Shown piece by piece: positions 57,240 to 64,000 of a stretch of 64,000 bases of DNA (position 1 is its first letter; each line of letters opens with the position of its first letter). Both the position numbers and the translations under genes were made by a program. Origin of the DNA: an uncultured Candidatus Bathyarchaeia archaeon (lineage in GTDB: Archaea > Thermoproteota > CALKCG01 > B24). The notes below the pieces were generated by a model. The model saw only the letters and a list, made by a program, of their open reading frames with translations. It did no database searches and was not told the origin of the DNA. Location of the stretch: positions 3,283-67,282 of the forward strand of contig CAZMSC010000002.1 of NCBI GenBank assembly GCA_964568845.1. The letters run 5' to 3'.

Positions 57240-58158
57240 TTAGACAATTAACTCTTGTAAGTATACTTCTCTTGAGTTTTCTACGGTGGATTTCAACGAG
57301 GCTTCTAGAAAAGCGATTATTTCAATGGTTTCCTCCGGGTTTATCGGCATTTTACGGGTTTGAAACATTTCAACAGCCTTCTTCAATAACTCTCTGTAAA
57401 TGTGCTGTGTATCTATGCTTGAGCATACTATGCTACTCTCGTAGAAGGCCGTGAAGCCATAACTATGTGGGCCTCTTCTCATTCCTCTGAATACTCCTAT
57501 ACGTTCGTCGCGCCATATGCCGACGACCACGTCCCAGCCATCCTTATGGAGACATCTGACGGATTCACATCCAACTCCCATAATTGTGTATAGCATTTCT
57601 ACACCATGAATACCGTAGTTGAAGAGACCTGGGTTTTTCGGATGTAGAATAGCTGGCGAGTAGGTTTCAGCCCCTAAGACTTCACCTAAGTCTCGCCTGG
57701 ACTTTAAACTTTGAATTTCAAGAGCATATCTTAGGGACGAAGCTGAAAAAACCGGTGTATTGTAAGAGCGAGCTAATTCGAAAATTATCTCAGCATCTGC
57801 TACACTGCAGGTAAATGGTTTATCTATAAACAGTTATAAACAGTGGTATTCCGTTTTCTATGAATGGCTTGGCGCTCTCAAAGTGTAGTCCTCCCTCCTG
57901 TTGCTCCAGCATTACTGCGTCAACCTCACCGATAATCTCTTCAGCCGAACCGACGATTTCGACCCCAAACTCTTTAAGAAGCTGTGTTCTCTGTAAGATT
58001 ATTTTTTTATCGGCGAAATTTGAAGACCCACCTGGATAACCCACTGTCACCCTCGCACCATAAACCCATTGTTCTTCAGATATATCTACATGGTTTATAC
58101 GCTTAGTGAATTCAATGGCATGGGAGGTATCAAAACCGATTATTCCAATTCTTATCAA
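57240..58158 (-). pseudogene. Gfo/Idh/MocA-like oxidoreductase disrupted by a 10-bp tandem duplication
   Basis: ORF 57820..58158 (MIRIGIIGFDTSHA...ENGIPLFITVYR*) and the downstream frame (FIDKPFTCSVADAEII... to 57240) join perfectly if one copy of TATAAACAGT (57825-57834 / 57835-57844) is removed. This gives ..GIPLFIDKPFT.., the family EKP-like motif. Confidence 0.75.
57825..57844. repeat. perfect tandem duplication, 2 x TATAAACAGT
   Basis: Read directly from the sequence. Confidence 0.95.
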
Positions 58159-58464
58159 GAGCGGTCACTACGACATTTAAATCCAACATTTTAACTAGAA
58201 GAATATTTCGCTATATGGAAGAGAATAGTTGATGGAGATTATACAACCTTAGATAATCGTCTGAAAAATTGAAGAATATCCATAGGGTTTAGACATGTTC
58301 ATTCAACGTTTCGTACGATTCGAATAAACCTATTTTTGAATTTAAGGCTTGACGTGGTGTTGGAGGATTTATTAATAGATATCTATGGTATGGGATTCTG
58401 AAAGATTTAGAAGAAATACATTTATTTTCTTACACCTCAATTTCTAACTGTTAAGGTGTAGAAT

Positions 58465-60603
58465 TTGAGTGAACCGATCATTAACGTGGGGAATATACAG
58501 TTAAATATAAAGTCTGTTACGGTTACATTTACCGATAAATCGAAGTCGATATGTGCATATGAAGGTTTACGTAGAGAGGATGGCTATGTACTCTACAAGT
58601 ATGGTTGTAGAGATGCAATAGTAGACGTATATACATCATACAACGGTAAATCGTACATCCTAGGCTTCTCAATAACGTCTCTGAAAAACCTGGATTCTGA
58701 AAGACCGTTGGAGATCGAATTTACATCGAGCAGACCACGTAAAGCTTTAGTATTAACAACCCATAGGGATGCCGCTAAATGCTACTCGAACGCCTTCGGA
58801 TACTACAATCAATATGCCATAGGTAAGAATCCGGAAAGCCCCAAACCCCCCGATGACCCCAGTTATCCTCCTAAGCTAGGCTATATTGAGCACGATGAAT
58901 ATGCCCGTGGTTATCCATGCTGGTCTTATCCGGTGCTATCTGAAGGCTTTGAACAGATACCACATTATAGCATTTTCCTACTAGCTGATTATGACGGCGA
59001 ATATTTAGCGTTGCTTACGCTCACAGATGGATATGCTACAACGTACATTGAACCTGAATTAAAGCTCAGAGCCTTTCTAGGTAAAACTGTAAAAAGTGTC
59101 GAATTAAACTGGATTGCATCGATCAGCGTAGATTACGACCCGTACAACGCTGTGAAAGCCTGCGTTGAATACGCCTCCTCATACGTTATGTTTAAGCCTC
59201 GAAGGTTAAAGAAGCGACCTATGTTCATAGATAAAATCGGATGGTGTTCGTGGAATGCTCTACTCACAGATGACCTGTCCCACGAAAACATTGTTAGAAT
59301 AATTGGAGGTTTACTGAAAAAGGGATTGCGTTTAGGCTGGGCTGTAATAGATGATGGATGGCAGGATGAAGTTAAGAGAGAAGGTTGGCCTCGCAGGATC
59401 TTGAGAAGGTTATCTGCGAATGAAAGGTTTCCCGAAGGCTTAAAGGGTGTCGTTGGAAGTCTGAAGAAGCTTGGCATAGACCTAGTAGGTTTGTGGCATA
59501 CTATAAATGTCCACTGGAGCGGGTTTGAAAAAACCTTGGCCAGAGAGTTAAGCGTTAAAAGCTACTTCTCCAGGTTCAATGAGAGTTATGTTCCACCACC
59601 TACGTTAAACGAAGCGCTTGAATTTTATGAGAAGTTCTATTCCTGGTTAAAAGATAACGGAGTAGATTTTGTTAAAGTCGACAATCAGTGGGTTATCCAT
59701 ATACTGTATGATGGAGATCATACTGTAGGTGAAGCTTCCAAAAACGTGGAGCTGGCTTTACAGGTAGCTGTCTATGCTAAAGGCTTAGATCTGCTAAACT
59801 GCATGTCCATGGCTCCTGAAAACTATAGCAATTTCCTACTTAGTAATGCTATGAGGGTCTCCATGGACTATATACCGTTCTGGAAGGCTGATGCTAAACT
59901 CCACACAATCTTCAGCTTTTACAATGCTTTACTATTCGGACATATAGCGTATCCGGACTACGATATGTTCATGTCATACGATCCATATGCGAAGGTGCAC
60001 GCCGTAGCTAGGGTATTTAGCGGCGGGCCTATCTACATAACGGATAGGGAACCGGAGAAAACGGATATGGATTTACTTAAACGTTTCGTACTATCAGATG
60101 GGAGGCTTATCAGAGTAGATGAACCTGCTTTACCTTCAAAAGACGTCTTGTTTAAAGACCCGTATAATGAGCCTATACTGTTGAAAGTGGCTTCGAAAGC
60201 TGGAGGAAGTGTAGCGGTTGCAGTATTCAATGTAAATAGAGAAGGTAGGAGGATAGAAGAATCTCTAACGCTTGACATGTTACCCTTCAAAGTTAAGCGT
60301 GAGGAGTATGCTTACTACAAGGTGTTTAAGAATGAGTGTGGCTTGCTGAAAACAGATGATAAATTGGACTTCTCTCTTGGAGAGCTTGACGTTGAAGTTG
60401 TTACGTTAGCTCCGATTAAAAATGGTAAAGCGGTGATAGGGTTAAAAGAGTATATTCTTCCATCAGCTCTCGTAGAAGTCTTAGAGACGGTCAACGACAA
60501 GATTCTTGTTAAAGCCGAAGCCTCAGGTACACTCATATATTATGCAAACGGCGCTTTTAATGAAGTGAAAGTTGAAGAGGGGTCTATAGTAGAAGTAGAT
60601 TAA
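58465..60603 (+). CDS. GH36-like alpha-galactosidase / raffinose-synthase (Sip1) family protein
   Basis: WCSWNA, AVIDDGWQ and FVKVDNQ motifs. 712 aa. TTG start. Confidence 0.75.
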   Translation: MSEPIINVGNIQLNIKSVTVTFTDKSKSICAYEGLRREDGYVLYKYGCRDAIVDVYTSYNGKSYILGFSITSLKNLDSERPLEIEFTSSRPRKALVLTTHRDAAKCYSNAFGYYNQYAIGKNPESPKPPDDPSYPPKLGYIEHDEYARGYPCWSYPVLSEGFEQIPHYSIFLLADYDGEYLALLTLTDGYATTYIEPELKLRAFLGKTVKSVELNWIASISVDYDPYNAVKACVEYASSYVMFKPRRLKKRPMFIDKIGWCSWNALLTDDLSHENIVRIIGGLLKKGLRLGWAVIDDGWQDEVKREGWPRRILRRLSANERFPEGLKGVVGSLKKLGIDLVGLWHTINVHWSGFEKTLARELSVKSYFSRFNESYVPPPTLNEALEFYEKFYSWLKDNGVDFVKVDNQWVIHILYDGDHTVGEASKNVELALQVAVYAKGLDLLNCMSMAPENYSNFLLSNAMRVSMDYIPFWKADAKLHTIFSFYNALLFGHIAYPDYDMFMSYDPYAKVHAVARVFSGGPIYITDREPEKTDMDLLKRFVLSDGRLIRVDEPALPSKDVLFKDPYNEPILLKVASKAGGSVAVAVFNVNREGRRIEESLTLDMLPFKVKREEYAYYKVFKNECGLLKTDDKLDFSLGELDVEVVTLAPIKNGKAVIGLKEYILPSALVEVLETVNDKILVKAEASGTLIYYANGAFNEVKVEEGSIVEVD

Positions 60604-60760
60604 CAGTGCTATAGATTCCCTCAACTATTTAGCGTTTTTACATTTTTCCAATGAAGACGTTAAGTTTGTTTTACGTGGCCCATCTATTATAGAATTTTCA
60701 CGGCTTAAATCTGAGACAAACTAGATTAATACGCTACTTTTATAAATCCGTTCAGCTTAG

Positions 60761-61588
60761 ATGCTAGGATATTTGAAGAGAAGTCGAATATTGTTGAAAA
60801 CCTGCCTATCAACTAGCAGAACACTAACGGCATTTTGCTTAGGAGCTTTACTAGGGTTTATTGCTGGATTGATAGGCGTTGGTGGAGGAGAATTCAGAAT
60901 TCCAATACTTATCTATGTTCTCAGGCTTCCAGCCGTAACAGCGGTTGCTGTAAACCTATTTATAGGTCTATTGACGGTAGTTTTCTCGTTTCTAAGGCGC
61001 TTTCAACTCGGACTACTAACTAGACATGGTTTAAAAATTGCAATAGCCATGGTTCCCACTTCGATCGTAGGAGCCTACATGGGAGCAGTATTAACTGGTA
61101 GAATTTCAGAAAAGCCTTTGAAAAAAGCCTTAGCAGTCCTCTTAGTAATCGTAGGGTTTAAAATCGGACTAGAACCTTTCACAGGCGGCTTTGCTATGCT
61201 CAACGTAGAATTAGGGTTCTTAGAAGAGGTTGTCCTAGCAACCCTAGCTGGTTTGGTTATAGGGATTGTATGCGGGTTATTGGGAGTTGCAGGTGGTGAG
61301 TTTAGAATCCCAGTCTTAATATATGTCTTCAGCTTAGATATTGTTGAAGCTGGAACTGCAAGCCTCCTAGTCTCTATACCTGCAGTGGCGTCAGGTTTTC
61401 TAAAACACCAAACCATGGGTCATATGGACAGGGAAACCACTACAGTAGCAGTTGTGATGGGTTTAGGCTCTATTCTAGGAGCACTTACTGGGGCTTCATA
61501 CGCTGGAACCGTTGAGAAAGACCTCCTCAAAATACTTTTGGGTATGATTCTAGTCCTCGCAACAGTGAGGATGATGACTAAACCATAA
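60761..61588 (+). CDS. TauE/SafE (TSUP) family anion exporter
   Basis: Two homologous halves, each with G(V/L)(G/A)GGEFRIP(I/V)LIYV, and about 8 TM segments. Confidence 0.8.
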   Translation: MLGYLKRSRILLKTCLSTSRTLTAFCLGALLGFIAGLIGVGGGEFRIPILIYVLRLPAVTAVAVNLFIGLLTVVFSFLRRFQLGLLTRHGLKIAIAMVPTSIVGAYMGAVLTGRISEKPLKKALAVLLVIVGFKIGLEPFTGGFAMLNVELGFLEEVVLATLAGLVIGIVCGLLGVAGGEFRIPVLIYVFSLDIVEAGTASLLVSIPAVASGFLKHQTMGHMDRETTTVAVVMGLGSILGALTGASYAGTVEKDLLKILLGMILVLATVRMMTKP

Positions 61589-61951
61589 GACAATGAAAAT
61601 TCCAACAATGGTATCCTCACTTCAACAGCACCATCGAAAATTGCGATATCTCTTTTTGACAGAGATTAGTTGGAAGTTTCTGCGTTGAATGGTGGTCTGT
61701 AGATATCACTTAGACTTTATGAGCTTTTTGGAATTTCTGGAGAGGTTTGCTAATATTCTATTACTGAAATAGTTTAACATGATGTTGTAAAACGTTTGGG
61801 GTTTGACTATGGAAATTTCCCTATTTTTTGAATGAGGAAAATAAGTTCCTCAGAAGATTTGCATAAAAGCGGTTTGGAAAGAACTCCTCAATCGTTAGAC
61901 TTTAAATTTAACGTTTTTATTCTATATCTCTACTCTTTTTAGTAGAAATAG

Positions 61952-64000
61952 TTGACTGAAGAAAACGTCTACGAACTTTTATCTAAACCGATTAGAGACC
62001 TATTAAAGGAGAAAGGTTTTTACAAGCCTACAGAGCCTCAGGTCAAAGTCATACCTAAGATTCTAGAAGGTAAAAACGTTCTACTCATAGCTCCAACTGG
62101 TACGGGTAAAACTGAAGCCGCAGTCTTACCTATTCTCGACATGCTCATAAGACATTACAGGGAAGTACCTGGTATAAAGTTCCTCTACATAACTCCTCTC
62201 AGAGCATTAAACAGGGATATGCTTGACCGATTCCTATGGTGGTGTAGTAAGCTGGATTTAAACGTCGCCGTAAGACATGGAGATACGGAGTCTAAAGAGA
62301 GGGTATTGCAGGCTAAGAAACCACCCGACATTCTAATTACAACTCCTGAAACACTTCAAGCCGTTTTAACTGGCAGGGTCTTAGGAAAGCATTTGAAGAC
62401 TGTTAAGTGGGTTGTAGTAGATGAGGTTCACGAACTTGCTGAAGATAAGAGGGGTAGTCAGCTCTCAATAGCCTTAGAGAGGCTTAGATGGCTTAAAAAG
62501 GGAGACTTTCAAATAGTAGGTTTATCTGCCACTATAGGAAGCCCGGAGGAAGTGGCAAAATTTCTAGTCGGAGTAGGCAGACCTATTGAAATAGTCCATG
62601 TTCCAGTAGCTAGGATGATGAGGCTTGAAATAGTCTACCCTTCTTCTGAAACTGAAGACTACGAGCTTTCTACGAAACTCTATACGCATCCGGAAGTTGC
62701 ATCAAGGTTGAAGTTTATGAGAAATCTCATAGAGCAACATCGCTCAGTTCTACTATTCACAAACACGAGGCCAATAGCTGAGGTGTTGGCAAGTAGATTT
62801 AAAGTCTGGGATGTTGATTTCCCGGTAAGTATCCACCACAGCTCGCTCGCAAAGCCCGCTAGAATAGCGGCTGAGAGAGGGTTGAAGAATGGTGAATTGA
62901 AGGGGTTAGTGTGTACCAGCAGTCTTGAGCTAGGCATAGACATAGGACATATAGATCTAGTGGTCCAGTATATGTCGCCTAGGCAAGTCACTAGGCTCGT
63001 TCAGAGGGTCGGTAGAAGCGGTCATGGTGTGGGTAGAGTTGCTAAGGGCATTGTGATAACTATGGATTCAGATGATACATTGGAAGCCGCTGTGATAGCC
63101 TATAGAGCTAAAAGGGAAATGCTTGAGCCTGTAAATATCCCTGAGAAGCCGCTGGACGTTTTAAATCATCAAATCGTAGGGCTCCTTATACATAAGCGTA
63201 GATGGGATTTTCAAGAGATACTCGACCTCGTCAGGTCAAGCTATCCATATAGAAATCTATCTAAGGAAGAGCTTGTAAGGGTTTTCGAATATATGCATAA
63301 TAGGTATCCTAGGCTTGCATGGGTTTCATTTGAAGATGAAGTCGTTTTAAAGCCAGCTAGAGTTAGAAAAATGTACGAATACTACTTTGAAAGACTTTCT
63401 ATGATACCTGATGAGAAACAGTACCTTATCATAGATGAGTCTACCGATACGGCTGTTGGAGTGCTTGATGAAGCGTTTGTAGCTGAGTTCGGTGAGCCTG
63501 GTACTAAGTTCATATGCCGTGGAAGTCCGTGGAGGATAGTGGGTTTAATGGGTGATAGAATATACGTTAAACCCATAGATTCACCTACTGGTGCCATACC
63601 GAGTTGGGTTGGAGAGGAAATACCAGTCCCCTTTGAAGTAGCTGTTGAAGTTGGATCAATAAGAAGAAAATGCGAAGAGATGTTTAGAAGAGGTTTAACC
63701 TTAGAGGAGATTGCTAGTAGACTTTCTAGAAAGTACCCCGCTAGCGTTGAAACGTTTACCAGAGCCCTCAGTGAAGTTTACGAACAGTGTAGAATGGGTT
63801 TACCAGTTCCAAGCGATAGAACAATAACCATAGAAAGTTGGGATAACTTCATAGTGGTAAACTGCTGTTTCGGAACACTTGTCAACAGGACTTTAGCTAG
63901 ACTGTTAGGCTTTCTGCTGTCTGAACAATATGGTGTAACTGTAGGTGTCCAATATGACCCCTACCGGATAATACTTGACACGGGCGGTAGCTTCTCAGTA
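61952..64000 (+). CDS. lhr: Lhr-type superfamily-2 ATP-dependent helicase (3' end beyond the window)
   Basis: Not in the ORF track because no stop falls within the window. The frame is open from the TAG at 61949-61951, with a TTG start at 61952. Motifs: APTGTGKTEAA (I), VVVDEVHEL (II), LSATIG (III), VCTSSLELGID and QRVGRSGH (VI), followed by an Lhr-like winged-helix region. Confidence 0.85.
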   Translation, partial: MTEENVYELLSKPIRDLLKEKGFYKPTEPQVKVIPKILEGKNVLLIAPTGTGKTEAAVLPILDMLIRHYREVPGIKFLYITPLRALNRDMLDRFLWWCSKLDLNVAVRHGDTESKERVLQAKKPPDILITTPETLQAVLTGRVLGKHLKTVKWVVVDEVHELAEDKRGSQLSIALERLRWLKKGDFQIVGLSATIGSPEEVAKFLVGVGRPIEIVHVPVARMMRLEIVYPSSETEDYELSTKLYTHPEVASRLKFMRNLIEQHRSVLLFTNTRPIAEVLASRFKVWDVDFPVSIHHSSLAKPARIAAERGLKNGELKGLVCTSSLELGIDIGHIDLVVQYMSPRQVTRLVQRVGRSGHGVGRVAKGIVITMDSDDTLEAAVIAYRAKREMLEPVNIPEKPLDVLNHQIVGLLIHKRRWDFQEILDLVRSSYPYRNLSKEELVRVFEYMHNRYPRLAWVSFEDEVVLKPARVRKMYEYYFERLSMIPDEKQYLIIDESTDTAVGVLDEAFVAEFGEPGTKFICRGSPWRIVGLMGDRIYVKPIDSPTGAIPSWVGEEIPVPFEVAVEVGSIRRKCEEMFRRGLTLEEIASRLSRKYPASVETFTRALSEVYEQCRMGLPVPSDRTITIESWDNFIVVNCCFGTLVNRTLARLLGFLLSEQYGVTVGVQYDPYRIILDTGGSFSV

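Noticed and set aside
61565-61620. C/D box sRNA at the 3' end of the TauE gene (GTGAGG-ATGATGA ... CCTCAC terminal stem with a C-box-like motif).
   Set aside because: There is no D box (CUGA) before the 3' stem arm and no internal D'/C' boxes. The C-like box lies inside the coding sequence. It is more likely a fortuitous hairpin or a 3'-end structure.
1-64000. CRISPR arrays, rRNA genes, transposases or integrases.
   Set aside because: No regularly spaced direct repeats are visible anywhere, no rRNA-like conserved blocks, and no ORF with transposase (DDE), tyrosine or serine recombinase motifs.

Overview
This looks like an archaeal chromosomal segment. It carries topoisomerase VI A/B, proteasome beta, an RtcB fragment, archaeal-type PPAT, Trm5, an aDim2-like KH protein, geranylgeranyl reductase and TtuA. 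By eye it is moderately AT-rich, and TAA, TGA and TAG all serve as ordinary stops. I support about 60 protein genes and 2 tRNA-Ser genes. I found no rRNA, CRISPR array, transposase or integrase.

Core blocks:
- a leuA/cimA-ilvB-ilvN-ilvC operon with divergent ilvD
- sufC plus a SufB/D gene
- top6B-top6A
- sugar-related genes: three Gfo/Idh/MocA paralogs, a TIM-barrel isomerase, a 2-hydroxyacid dehydrogenase, a ROK kinase, a GH36-like alpha-galactosidase, a 992-aa putative glycosidase and a DUF5107-TPR protein
- scattered H4MPT-type C1 genes: a Fae-Hps fusion and an orphan MtrH

Main finding: the protein-L-isoaspartate O-methyltransferase gene (pcm) is split by a 29-nt insert at 6075-6103. The insert folds into a bulge-helix-bulge (BHB) splicing motif. 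Cutting at the canonical bulge positions restores the conserved ..TISAPH|MVCIM.. reading frame, so I predict an archaeal pre-mRNA intron in a gene where I know of none described.

Other notable points:
- A decayed cassette (DNA methyltransferase remnant plus intact vapBC) is bracketed by 38-bp direct repeats. It sits in a hypothetical-rich region between two inverted tRNA-Ser genes.
- A 723-aa protein has a transaldolase-like core and large unknown extensions.
- A ChlI/ChlD-type AAA+-VWA fusion has no large chelatase subunit nearby.
- Four genes are disrupted by four different lesions: a 1-nt frameshift in NIF3, an in-frame TAG in an amidohydrolase, a 10-bp tandem duplication in a Gfo/Idh/MocA gene, and 5' truncation of an HTH gene. 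These could be real decay or assembly errors.

All functional calls rest on motif-level recognition by eye. No database search was run.
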